Shown here piece after piece: positions 12,384 through 24,753 of a stretch of 64,000 bases of DNA (the first letter of the stretch is position 1; every line of letters begins with the position of its first letter). The notes beneath the pieces were generated by a model. It saw only the letters and a program-made list of their open reading frames with translations. It was not told the DNA's origin and ran no database searches. This stretch comes from Octopus sinensis (Eukaryota). Location: assembly GCF_006345805.1 (NCBI RefSeq), contig NC_042998.1, forward strand, positions 32,860,001 through 32,924,000, in the 5' to 3' direction. Made by a program: the position numbers and the translations under genes.

Positions 12384-12765
12384 ACTTCGACTCGTACTTA
12401 TATTATCGACCGCCGAAAGGATGAAAGGCAAAGTCGACCTCGGCGGAATTTGAACTTAGAACGTAGCGGCAGACGAAATACCTTTTTCTTTACTACCCAC
12501 AAGGGGTTAAACATAGAGGGAACAAACAAGGACAGACAAACGGGTTAAGTCGATTACATCGACCCCAATGCGTAACTGGTAATCGACTCCGAAAGGATGA
12601 AAGGCAAAGTCGACCTCGGCGGAATTTGAACTCAGAACGTAAACACAGACGAAATACGGCTACGCATTTCGCCCGGCGTGCTAACCTTTCTGCCAGCTCG
12701 CTGCCTTACATTGTTACTATATTCTGATTCTTTATTGCCCACAAGGGGCCAACACAGAGGGACAC
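12384..12765 (-). mobile_element. SINE family A dimer plus a separate ~45-bp tail-only insertion
   Basis: Matches 14816-15230. The tail-only piece at about 12728-12765 is flanked by ttgttactata repeats (12711, 12767). Confidence 0.85.
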
Positions 12766-12951
12766 TTTGTTACTATAATGTGATGCTAAATATCACCCAT
12801 GTGAAACAAGCTGTCTATGTGTTTCTTTGACTAATCTGAGGGTCGCGGGTTCAAGTCACTCTGCAAGCGTAACATAATTTAAATGTATGAATGTATGTAT
12901 GTATGTGTACATGTCTGTATGCACACACATACATACATGCATATCTATATT

Positions 12952-14155
12952 TTGGGTTGTCCGGAAAGTTCATGCCGATTTATATTAGCTTACCTTTCGA
13001 GTTATTTTAGAACATGGTTGAGTCCATGAAATAGGATTTGACTACACCTGCATTTAGAGCACAGTTTAAGCTACCTTTTCATGAAAGAAGGTTTATGTTC
13101 CTATAACCTGTGTTAATTATGTAACCCTTTAAAATGGAAGATAAGAAAGTTCATTTTCGGCACTTGATGCTTTTCTTTTTCCGTAAAGGGAAAAATGCCT
13201 CCCAAGCAACCAAAGAAATATGCGCAGTTTACGGTGATGTTTCTGTATCTGAAAGAACTGTACGGAATTGGTTCGCAAGGTTCTGAGCTGGATATTGTAG
13301 CCTTATTGATAAAGAGTGATCAAGTAGACCATCCACTACCGATGATGACCAAATTAAGTCATTAATTGAGAATAACCTACATTGCACAACCCGAGAATTG
13401 GCAGAAAGCCTCAGCCTATCAACATCCGTGGTTCATGAGCACCTGGTGAAGCTTGGGGACACACATCGCTACGATGTTTGGGCACCACATGAGTTGAGGG
13501 AGAAGAAACTTATGGATCACATTTCCATCTGTGATTCGCTTTATAAACAGAATGAAAACGCGTCATTTTTAAAGCAAATTGTGACAGGTGATGAGAAATG
13601 TATCATCTACTGAAATGTCCAGAGAAAGCGATCCTAGAGTAAGCGACATGAGCCACCCTTAGCCATGACAGATTAACCAGACAATTAATTCTGAGAAATA
13701 CTGCATACAACTGGACGAGTTAAAAGCAGCAATTCAAGAAAACCCTCCAGAATTGGCCAACAGGAAGAGTGTTGTTTTCCAACATGATAATGCAAGACCG
13801 CACGTTTCTTTGAGAACCAGACAAAAATTGCTGCATCTCGGCTGGGATGTGTTACTCCACCCTCCATATTCACCAGATATTGCTTCTTCGGATTTCCCCT
13901 TATTCAGGTCTCTGCAGAATAGTCTTAATGGTAAAAATTTCAATTCCTTGGATGACGTAAAAAGATACCTTGGTGAATTCTTTACCATGAAACCACCTCA
14001 ATTCTGGGAAGAGGGTATTTTCAAGTTAAAGGAAAGATGGAGACGCATTGTGCAACAAAATGGTTCATATTTGGTTGATTAAAAATGTAATGGCAAGTAT
14101 TTATTGACCTTTTTATTTCCTTTAAAAATCGACACGAACTTTCCGGACAACCTAA
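12952..14155 (+). mobile_element. Mariner DNA transposon (DD34D, mellifera-subfamily-like), defective
   Basis: 30-bp TIRs ttgggttgtccggaaagttcatgccgattt and aaatcgacacgaactttccggacaacctaa. The TA TSDs are degraded. Confidence 0.93.
13134..14082 (+). pseudogene. Mariner transposase pseudogene
   Basis: [59 protein letters not shown]. It has in-frame stops and an internal deletion. Confidence 0.93.
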
Positions 14156-14232
14156 TGTATATGTAGTATATACAACCTACTTCTATATATGTGTGGGTGG
14201 AGGGTGTATGTATGTGTGCGTAAGCATATACA

Positions 14233-15975
14233 TACAGAGTGTTTTTATACGTCTCTTTTTTTTTATCAGTAACTGCTTGATGTATTGGTGAACAGTCAAC
14301 GATTTTGCAGAGCTTAAAATTTAATATAGTAGTTAAGAAAATGTTTGGTGACGTGTAAGACTGGAAGCCATCTGAATATTGGAAAACGGTTATCTGTATC
14401 GTGATTTGCGCCGGGTGTCAAAATGCCAATATCGTGACTTCTGCACAGTGCTCTTTGATCACTGTAAAGGCTGTGAAGTATGACATGAACAGCTGCAATG
14501 GAGTCTACGGAGTCTTGGCAATCAGGAAGGGAAACAGCAGGCGTTCTGATTGTGTTCACATCCCGGAATTCACCCAGCAACTGCAGACCAAGGTGATTGA
14601 AGATACGAGCAAGGGAATCCGAGACTTGATGGGAGAGATGAAAGAGTCAGCCCATGAAGTTGGTCCTGAATGAGGATCATCGCTACCTGAATGAGGACCA
14701 TCGCACAAGGAATATAGTGTACCAACCTAAGGATAAAGCAGAACTGCTTGGTGGAGGTAATGACACTTCTGAAGAAGCTAGGCATCCTGTTGATCCAAGG
14801 ATAATTTGGTTCATTAAGGCGGCGAGCTGGCAGAAACGTTAGCACGCCGGGCGAGATGCTTAGCGGTATTTCGTCTGCCGTTACGTTGTGAGTTCAAATT
14901 CCGCCGAGGTCGACTTTGCCTTTCATCCTTTCGGGGTCGATAAATTAAGTACCAGTTACGCACTGGGGTCGATGTAATCGACGTAATACCTATGTCTGTC
15001 CTTGTTTGTCCCCTCTATGTTTAGCCCCTTGTGGGTAATAAAGAAATAGGTATTTCGTTTGCCGTTACGTTCTGAGTTCAAATTCACCGACGTCGACTTT
15101 GCCTTTCATCTTTTCGGGGTCGATAAATTAAGTACCAGTTACACACTGGGGTCGATATAATCGACTTAATCCGTTTGGCTGTCCTTGTTTGTTCTCTCTG
15201 TATTTAGCCCCTTGTGGGTAGTAAAGAAATAGATGTTATTCACAAATATCTAATAATATTCCTCACTTTCATTTATTCCATTGTAAGAAATAATTTCCAA
15301 ATTTTTAAGCCAGGATTCGAAATCGAATCCACATTTTCCTACAACTTTCTTCCTATTGTTCATACCTGTTGCGCTATGACATTTATGAGAGTATGCTGAC
15401 GTCTTAATCTTTTTCGTCTGCCGTTACGTTCTCAGTTCAAATTCCGCCGAGGTCGACTTTGTCTTTCATCCTTTCAGGGTCGATTAAATAAGTACCAGTT
15501 ACGCAGTGGGGTCGATATAATCGACTTAATCCGTTTGTCTGTCCTCTCTGTGTTTAGTCCCTTGTGGGTAGTAAAGAAATAGATAATTTGGTTCTTCTCA
15601 GATGAACTTCTGCTAGGACCAGTTGCACAGCATCCAGAGCAACAGGTGGCTTGCATGCAATCTATGTGACGTCCTACACATTATGAAAAACAAACTGTGT
15701 TGGTCTTTGTATGTGTCTTCAGGGAGGGTGAAATCGTGCCGTCAACATCTTTGAACTGGCCGTTATGCTCAATTCAGAAGGCTGTGTCAAGCTGCTGGAT
15801 ATAGTGGTCAAATTCTGGATGGAGAAGAAGGCTGCTCGAAGGCCATATGTGTGGTAACAGGATTAGGGTTCTTGCTACACCTCCGAAAAATATCAGAAGT
15901 GTTTGCCAGAGAATTCCTACGACTTCACCAACTCTAATTTCTGGTTCCCTAATTCAGCCGATTGTAATCCCATGG
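14233..15975 (+). mobile_element. Degraded Tc1/mariner (maT/DD37D-like) transposase remnant interrupted by a SINE-A composite
   Basis: NSRRSDCVHIPEF N-terminal region. IIWF|FSDE is rejoined across the SINE insertion. NFWFPNSADCNPM lies at about 15925-15975. Confidence 0.7.
14813..15581 (+). mobile_element. SINE-A composite (full unit, body, ~180 bp non-SINE DNA, body) within one 13-bp TSD
   Basis: TSD gataatttggttc at 14800-14812 and 15582-15594. Confidence 0.88.
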
Positions 15976-16377
15976 TGTGCATGTGTATGTGTGTGAGTAA
16001 GTAAGTGAGTGAATGAGTGAACGCGTGTGTGTGTGAGTAAGTGTGTCTGTGTGTGTGTGTGTGTGTGTGGTGGGGGAGGTTAAAACAACTTGAGAACGTT
16101 AATTGGAGTGCAAATAGATGCTGCAAAGGACTGGTACAATAGTTTTATTTCAATGCCTTTTAATATAAATAATTCATATCTACGGAAACATTTTAATGAC
16201 GCAACTGAGTAAAAGGCAGACGATGTTTGTATAAATTATCGCCTTTTCCTTTGCTCCATCTTATTGCTGCCGGTTTTTACAGATTATTATTCAATAAGCT
16301 ATTCACCTCTTAACTTTCTTATGTGGTGAGAAAAGTCACGGAACATTAAACTATCTTATGTATATCATACAATTACC

Positions 16378-17152
16378 GGATCTTTTCCAATTTCTAGTTA
16401 ACTAAACACTTTTAAACTTCGTATACTTGTAGAATATGTCAAAATAAAACATTTTTTTCTCTTGGCTTTCTTGAGAAAATTGTAATTTGTAAGTTTAACG
16501 TAGTTTAATTTTTCGAATTTTAACCAATCAATTGCCTCTATTGAGCTAAAATCATTTGCTGCGTCTAAAACTGAGACAACATCCTGTCACAGACCCTAAC
16601 CCTAACCCTACACTAACCCTAACCCTAACCCTAACCCCAACCCTAACATTAACCCTAACCCTAAATTTTAGCCTTTCGTTTTTTCTTCTTAATTGTTAAA
16701 TTAATTTAATTGTTACGCGTGTGTCTAAAATTATTCGTTTTGATTTTGTTTTGATTTTTTGTTTTGAGATACACGTGTATTGTTTAAACAATTTTCCATT
16801 GCTTAAGAAAAAAAAACGAAAGGCTAAAACGAAAGCAATGGAAAATAATTTAAACAATTAACAAACAAAATAATTCTATAATTTTATACACACGCTTTCC
16901 GTACGTAAACATAACAGTGACAGGATGTTGTCTCAGTTTTAGACGCAGCAAATGATTTTAGCTCAATAGAGGCAATTGATTAGTTAAAATTCGAAAAATT
17001 AAACTACGTTAAACTTACTAATTACAATTTTCTCAAGAAAGCCAAGAGAAAAAAATGTTTTATTTTGACACATTCTACCAGTATACGAAGTTTAAAAATG
17101 TTTAGTTACCTAGAAATTGTGTTGAAAACTGCCTTTCAAAAGGAAAAGATCC
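16378..17152. mobile_element. Non-autonomous DNA transposon with ~210-bp TIRs, 8-bp TSD and internal (CCCTAA)n; Merlin-like termini
   Basis: Ends ggatcttttcc and ggaaaagatcc. TIRs at 16378-16590 and 16917-17152. TSD caattacc/cagttacc. Confidence 0.85.
16594..16664 (-). repeat. Interstitial telomeric repeat (TTAGGG)n, about 12 imperfect units
   Basis: ccctaaccctaaccctacactaaccctaaccc... on the + strand. Confidence 0.92.
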
Positions 17153-17605
17153 CAGTTACCATATCATTCTTCATGTTTTAACATCTTATCAGTGTTATGT
17201 TTTTACCAACACATATTGCTTTTCTTTGATATTTCAAAATGACTCCATAATATTAAAACACATCAGCCATTTTCCTTTTGTGTAATTTCAGTTATTTTCT
17301 CATCAATAAAACATTTATATATACATGTGACGAAATTTTAAACATGCCTTTCTGCGACTAACACTGCTTTTGTTGTTTTAGACTTTTTAAAGTTTATTTC
17401 TTCAAAGCTAATAAATTATTATTAGACTATTTTTATAAAAATGCAATAAACTTACACGCACATACACACACACTCACTCACACACACATACACACACACA
17501 CATGTATATATGTATATGTATGTGTGTGTAGAAGTGGATGGGTGTGTATGTATCTCTCTCTTTCTTTCTCTCGCTCTGTGTAGGTGTATGGATATATATA
17601 TATGC

Positions 17606-17642
<37 letters not shown>

Positions 17643-17750
17643 ATAATATATATATATGTATATATACGTATATATATATATGTATATATATATATACATA
17701 CATATATATATGTATGTGTATGTATATATATATCTATCTCTCTCTCTCTC

Positions 17751-17798
<48 letters not shown>

Positions 17799-17948
17799 GT
17801 ATGTATGAATGTATGTATATATATATATATAATAAATATTAGGGAATAAATCCAAACTTACAGGGAAAAATCAGATTTAGGATTGAATCCAATTTTATAG
17901 TAAAAAATTAGTTCATTGATTAAACCTCGCCAAGTTAAATATTTAAAC

Positions 17949-18012
17949 CACCTGATGAATGACTGTAACTCGAAAATTTAAAGAAATTAACAGCCATGAA
18001 ACGATCGTAGTG
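17949..18012 (+). ncRNA. Type I hammerhead motif inside a ~300-bp element (about 17832-18140) inserted in (TA)n
   Basis: cac CTGATGA atgactgt...acagccat GAAA cgatcg TA gtg, with palindromic ACGATCGT stem III and a GUA site. Confidence 0.82.
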
Positions 18013-18134
18013 TTATATTAATTATATTTTTTTAATAATTTTGTTATATATTTAAATAATATAAATTAAATAATCTTATGTATTGGCTTAAGTTTTTCAT
18101 TGTATGATTTGCCTAATAGTCGTTTTATCTCTAA

Positions 18135-18175
<41 letters not shown>

Positions 18176-18661
18176 TCTGTGTCAGCGTAGTGCATATTTT
18201 TTGCTGTGTCTGTGAGGATATGTACAGATGTGTCAATTAAGTTGTTTGAAGTCCAATATACTTTTGATAGGTTGACTAATAAGGCCTATTCTTGAACAAA
18301 GCTAAAATATATCTTAATGTCTATCAAAAGAAAAGTACATTTATTCAATGAACGAATGAAAATTACAAGTTAAGTGTTAGCAGTCACAATCGATCTAAAA
18401 TACACAATCGATCTCAACACACACGAAGTGTCTCATACACACGCACATTCACAGAAGCACTCAAATTCCCGCCCACATACATTGACTCGGTGTATCTTAA
18501 TTAGGAAAATATGTATAATTAAGAAAGTAATTAATTCTATATAGGAACGCATATACAGTTTTACTCGAAAATATATCTAAAGTTTCTAATGAGAATATGT
18601 AGGTGTGATAACCAACAAATAACTATTTTAGCCTAATTTTCCAGAAGACTAAATGTACATT

Positions 18662-18959
18662 TTGTTTTTGGATTTGGTTTGTAAGATTCTTTATGTGAGT
18701 TCGTGTGTTGAAGCATATTCTGTTGTGTCTAGGGAGAGTCAATTTTTCTTTGTGCCTTATAATTTAACACACTCACCGGTAAAATTTCCCCTTATTCCTT
18801 ACTTTTATATTCTTAAAATTTTTGTTGCGTCTTGCAAACCTTTCAAAAGTCAAGACTATTGAAAAGGTTGCAAGACGCAACGAAAATTTTAGGAAAATAA
18901 AAATAAGGAATAAGTGGAAATTTTACCGGTGAGTGTGTTAAATTATAAGACACAAGAAG
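18662..18959. mobile_element. Fold-back insertion (~100-bp arms plus one-sided extension) with a 12-bp TSD, PLE-type geometry
   Basis: TSD taaatgtacatt at 18650-18661 and 18960-18971. Arms at about 18746-18846 and 18859-18958. Confidence 0.75.
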
Positions 18960-21488
18960 TAAATGTACATTCTTCTATATATTTTTGTTCAGCCGTGTAT
19001 TAACTTTCCTCGGAAGAATTAGAGGCACATCAGTCTACCGTGCTAACTGGATGCTTTAGTAATAGCATGCCTCTCACAATATTTACGTGTTTGTATTATT
19101 ATGTGAATATGTAAATATTGCATTTCCTATCAATGAAATATTTATATGTTCTGTGACGAAATGAAAAATAATGCCTTTTTCTGTCTGACAGTTATTTTTA
19201 CCTCATCTATTTATAAAGCTTAGCATTTATTTATGAGACATGATCAACAGATTCTTTGGATAGCATTCTTATATCTTAGCAACATATAGTTGCCAGATAC
19301 TTTTTTTTTTATTCTGAATTTACTATTACAAACATTAACCGTGCTGTTTCACTGCATATGTATCGTGTGAAAGCGAGGTGTCTACAAAATTGCTCGTTCT
19401 ACCACAAATAATAGCCATGCCTCCTTCAAACTCTGTTTTGTAAAAGGGAAAGCAGATTGAATAAAGCAGTTCCGCATGACTACACGTAAAAGGAAATGTC
19501 TTTGCTTATAGAACTGCTCGTTTAGAGCTGAACAGAAACAGCCAATTCGCATAAGCTGTATGGGTTCAATGTATTCATTATATGCAGGATAGACAGAGTC
19601 CAAAGCCGGAAAAATTTCAGCATTCTTGTACAAAAAAAGAAAAAGCTATAGAAGTTATGTTTTAAAATCTTTACGGACATTGAAATTTTTTGACACTTCT
19701 GTACAAATTGTTTTAATTCTGCGATCTTGAAAACTTGACACAGAACAGAAAATTACTAAAATGACTGTTAAATATAAAATCACACCAAACTCTTAGTTTC
19801 ATGTCCAGAATTTAATTGTAACTATATATCAAATGTCTAGAACAGATTTATTTCTATTTTATGCATATTTTTTTATATAATTACTATGTCATGAAATGTA
19901 ATTATTAACCACGTAAATGACAAACCAATCAAATGTCTGGGAAACGTTCTTAGAAACACATTTATGACAGTTTCTCATGAATAATAATACATTTTAAAAA
20001 CCGCCCCAACTCAAAAGTAAAAGAAAATTTTTGATGCATGGAAAAAAATAAAATAGTTTTAATAGTTTAATCTCGATAATAAGCAAAATATAGAAGGAAA
20101 GAGAAGAAAGCCAGACAGCTAATAGAATAAAAAATAAAGGATAAATTTTATCAAAAGAAATCAATACATTAAAACCACTGAAGAAATTTTGCTATTTCGA
20201 TGCCGTTTTCAGAGCTCGTTTGTCAGAGATGTTTTTTTTTAAAGCTAATCTATTGAGAGAATGACGTCTGAATTCAACACATAATTGGTTTACAAAAATA
20301 AACAATATATGAAATTGGAGTCTGTTTCCGACCAGTATTTAATATCTGCAATCAAAATCAGATCTTTTTATCATTTGGGAAAACTTAATTCAGTTGTATT
20401 TATTAGATAATATTGTTCGTTTCTTTAGATTCATCTCGCTGAACTTTGTTTACAAACAGTTTATTGTTACGAAAATATATACGAAATTGCTATTTCTGAT
20501 ATGGATGTGTAAAACCATATAGTGAGCTCTGAATAAAAGTTATAAAGATAGAAACTGCTCAGGAAATATTTTTGTAAATTGAAAAGAAAAAATCTAATCA
20601 AGCAGAGAGAAAAATGTTAAGCAATAGAAATCCCCTAGTTAACCAATTGAAATCCCCAAGCCTTCAGGCAACTGGGGAACATCAGAAAATCTATATAAAA
20701 GCAACTTTGTTCCATAAAAATTGAACGTATATGATTAGATATCTATTTTCCTATATATAGACGCCTTATTCTATATTTTTTGTCACAACAATAGTAAAAA
20801 TATTTTAAAATTATCAAAATATAAAACATATTGTTACGTTTCTGTCGTAATTCTCATTTTAACGGCTCTTCTTTTTATCTGGCCCTCAGCGGGTGAATAT
20901 GCAACAAATACCATTTTAGAATTACTCTACCTATGGGGTAATATATTTTTAGAGAGGAGTGTTGTTCCTTATAACTGATCATACGCTGATTTAACTCTTA
21001 GGTGTTGTCATCTTAATCTCACCATAAACAGAGTCACAGGGGATTAATGATTACTTAACTACATAGAACGATGTATTTCGGTACTCTTAGCCATAAAAAT
21101 TGTGACAGTACCACGTACACTGGAACCTTAGTGTAAACTGACTGTTTAAGAGGTCATAATGATAACTGTTATTTGACCATATACTAAGAAAATCTTTTAT
21201 CGATATGTTTGCAGTAAATATTAATTGAGATAATTTTTCCATTAGTATTTTGAAATGAAAATCTTGAAGAATAAAGAAATGTTACAAAAAGGAATTTAAA
21301 AGCAAAAACAGAAAAAATACGTACAGGAAGAATAACTAAATCTAAAGAAATTCATGTTTCAGAGTTCAAAAATAAAGGAAAATAAAGGAAAATATTTCAC
21401 AACGCGAGATATTCGGCAACAGTACTTTGTAGTAAAGATTGTTTCCAGCATAACATGACAGTCCTGGTTTAGGATGAATTTTGCTGTA

Positions 21489-21714
21489 ATTTAGCCCCAG
21501 GAGACATCGTCTCCAGCTGGCTATACAACATGATCTGTGTCCTTATATTTTCGAGCAAGGGAATCTAGCACCCCTACTCAGCTCAAACCCAGAAATTGCG
21601 ATACACGGATATTGTTTTGAGCTGAGTGGGGGTGCTAGATTCCCTTGCTCGAAAATATAAGGACACAGATCGTGTCATATAGCCAGCTAGAGGCGATGTC
21701 TCCTGGGGCTAAAT
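21489..21714. mobile_element. Fold-back PLE-like end ('tagccccaggag' family) next to (TA)n
   Basis: Inverted arms of about 98 bp. Shares tagccccaggag..catc.tctcc.gctggctat with 43466-43810. Confidence 0.75.
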
Positions 21715-21777
21715 ATATATACATATGTTTATATATGTATATATATGTATATATATATATGTATTTAATTATGTATA

Positions 21778-21836
<59 letters not shown>

Positions 21837-21899
21837 ACATTATTGGTGAATTGAAGAAATGGAGCTGAACGCAGATTGAACAGAAATCGTTTTATTTCA

Positions 21900-21980
21900 T
21901 TCTACACGTGTTTTCGAAAGGCACAAATTACCAAAATCCGATTGAATAATGGGACCATATTGTGTCTTTCTCTTCAGGAA
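21900..21980 (-). ncRNA. Type I hammerhead motif
   Basis: Reverse complement: uuc CUGAAGA gaaagacacaa...uugugccuuuc GAAA acacgug UA gaa. The downstream tail (cgttcagctccatt) is shared with the 40677 element. Confidence 0.75.
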
Positions 21981-22251
21981 GAAAAAAGGAAATCCGTTGG
22001 AAAAAAAAAAACAGAACAGAGGCGGAGCAAAAACAAATCGAACTATGCTCCTAAGAGCCCATGGCGAAACCATTTCTTCAATTCACCAATAATGTTTTAA
22101 TTTCAATTATCCGCACCAACGCACGGTTGCAACGCCAGATGGTTGTACCTCCAACCGTGCTGTTTACTGCTGTGATTTTGCTACTAAGGTATCGGTTAAA
22201 CTTTTGATTAATCTACTACAAGATTATTCATCTTTCTATTTCACATAATAT

Positions 22252-22294
<43 letters not shown>

Positions 22295-22323
22295 TATATA
22301 TATAACACATATATATATAATAC

Positions 22324-22358
<35 letters not shown>

Positions 22359-22839
22359 AACACACACACACACCTATATATATATATATATATATACATA
22401 CAATGCAACGCTCAATGACGTAATAACCAGCGCAAGCAGTTTTACAAAAATACGCCGATAAATTTACTTCTCACTATGACAGTTCTACGAGCAAAACCTG
22501 TCGAAGACTGACATGACACGTGTCATCAATAATTTTTGTACTCAAACTAAGAATTAACGGTGAACAAAAAGCTTTGATTATTGTAAAGTAGGTCTCCCGT
22601 GGGACCATGATCACTTTTCCATAAAGGATAGTCTCAAGGGATTAAAATTTCAGATCAATATGGATCTCACAGCGTGTTATTAGCAAATAAATTCTTCATA
22701 ACTACTTAACCAATGGAGGTAAAGCGTTAATGCCTTATTTGGATAAGAACATATCAGTAGAGACTAGCTTGTGTAAAAAGGATTAACCTTGTGAAAATCG
22801 CTTTCACATTATTTTCAACCTCAAAGCAAATATACACAC

Positions 22840-22864
22840 AGACACACACACATGCACGCATACA

Positions 22865-22897
<33 letters not shown>

Positions 22898-23230
22898 GCA
22901 TACATACATATATACATACATACGCACATGTACGCATGCATACATACATACATACATACATACATGCATAATACATACATGCATACATACATACATTCAT
23001 ACATACATACATACACGCACACATACATACATACACACACATACATACATACATACATACATATATACATACATACACACATGTACGCATGCATACATAT
23101 ATACATACATACATACATACACACACATACATACATACACACATACATACATGTACGCATGCATACATACATACATACATGCATGCATACATACATGCAT
23201 ACATACATATATGTGTGCGTGCGCATATGT
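22840..23230. repeat. (TACA)n compound microsatellite
   Basis: Direct reading. It explains the ORF cluster at 22754-23339. Confidence 0.95.
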
Positions 23231-24579
23231 ATATAAGCAAGTCCTGTTTGCTAGGACCAATCTGTTTTATAATTTAACACAATTAGATCGGAAACCCGAA
23301 TGCATCGCGTCACCAGAAAGTTTTCCTCGCATGACATAGATTTCATGTTTGCGGAACATCAATAAAGTTTGTCATTCTTTTGAAAAGGTGTTCATTTATT
23401 TATTGCCAATTCAGTCCTACCATGTTTTTCATTAATTCAATAGTGAACAATAAATAAGACTTAACTACTTTAAAATAGTTAAAAATTCTATGACAATTTA
23501 TAAATCACTCCAGAAATTTCACAAGACGTAATTCAACCTCATCAAAGCTAAACTGCACACATGTCGACCATAATGCCATTCTCATTATTAGTTTGGCGTT
23601 TGTTATGCGTTTGTTCATGTGAGATAGCATGAGAATGCAAAGTGAGCTGAATAAAATCGATACATATTGAACTCACTCAGGGGGAATGGTTTCTCACAGA
23701 TTTCTTTTTCTCCGAACATGTCGTGAGAGTGAATCAATAATTATCTCTAAAAATATACTGTCAGGTAGTAGCCATTCTCATTGTAACATATTTGTAACTT
23801 GTAAAGTCGCTGCGAGAAAAAAAAATTCAAAAATTAACTTTCCTTTTCAATACCGTATAATTGAATTTACATGTTTTATAAATTGCATTATGTCTAGAAT
23901 TATTTTTACTAAAAAGGACCTTCAAATTGATAGGAAAGAAGAATAAAAGAACTGGGATGTAGTGATGCTCATACTTTCCTTAATAGCTTTTAAAAGGAAG
24001 GGAAATTGTATGTAAACCAAAAGACATAGCGAGCGAGAGAGAAAGATGACAAAGAAAGAAAGGGTGTACCAAAAAATACAGTGAGCAGGAGCAAAAACTG
24101 AATGAGTGCTACCCTTGCTTGAGAGCGGGAAGGCGTAACTCAAATGAGGACGTCTAGATATCAAAAAATGAAACGTATCCATTTGAAGAGACAGAAGGTG
24201 TGATAGTGAAGGATTACCAAGAGAATTCAACCATTATCGAGAAAGAATTTTCTCTTATGGTATCAAACGTTTCTGCCGGAGGTCGAGAAGTGTTGTTGGT
24301 TTAGTCGAGTCAGAATGCAGTTGACACGATTGTTTGAAACCTCCTCTGATAAGTGGAATTTGGTGAATGATGTTTGATGCCGCTGCCCTCATCTACTTTT
24401 CCTGTCGTGAGGTAGGCCCATATGGAACCCTTGACCAGAGGAAATTCACTTTTGTTTTAAAGACACTTACATCCACACCATGCAGGTCTTTCGGGCATTT
24501 TGGAAGGATAATGAAAAGCTGTGGGCCCTTGGAACCCAAACTGTTGCAGTATCTGATCCTCTATTTTGATTGCGATGCT

Positions 24580-24623
<44 letters not shown>

Positions 24624-24710
24624 TATTAGAGACAAAACCACTATTTTGCAAAACAAACAAGGAAAGACTTAATCAATACATAAAATTTTAATAAATAGTA
24701 AAAAAAACCG

Positions 24711-24753
24711 CCACTACAATTGTTTCTTGTCTTGATCGACAATCTTCAGGTGG
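24711..24753 (-). ncRNA. Type I hammerhead motif, canonical
   Basis: Reverse complement: ccac CUGAAGA uuguc gaucaa gacaa GAAA caauug UA gugg. All three stems are intact and stem III is the palindrome ACAAUUGU. Confidence 0.88.

Noticed and set aside
14816-15581. Repeat-spacer pattern resembling a CRISPR array
   Set aside because: Repeats are ~180-bp SINE bodies in a eukaryotic context with no cas genes.
19330-20780. Possible decayed coding sequence (also 4300-5000 and 9340-10210)
   Set aside because: No recognisable motif in the frames I tried; it needs tBLASTx.
22754-23339. Long HTYI/MYVC ORFs here and at 17452, 41646, 53316 and 56420
   Set aside because: Stop-free (TACA)n, (TA)n and (CA)n repeats, not genes.
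23950-24580. Possible third Tx1-like 3' fragment on the minus strand
   Set aside because: Only a short match (ttcctctggtcaa) to about 1885-1900, too weak to call.
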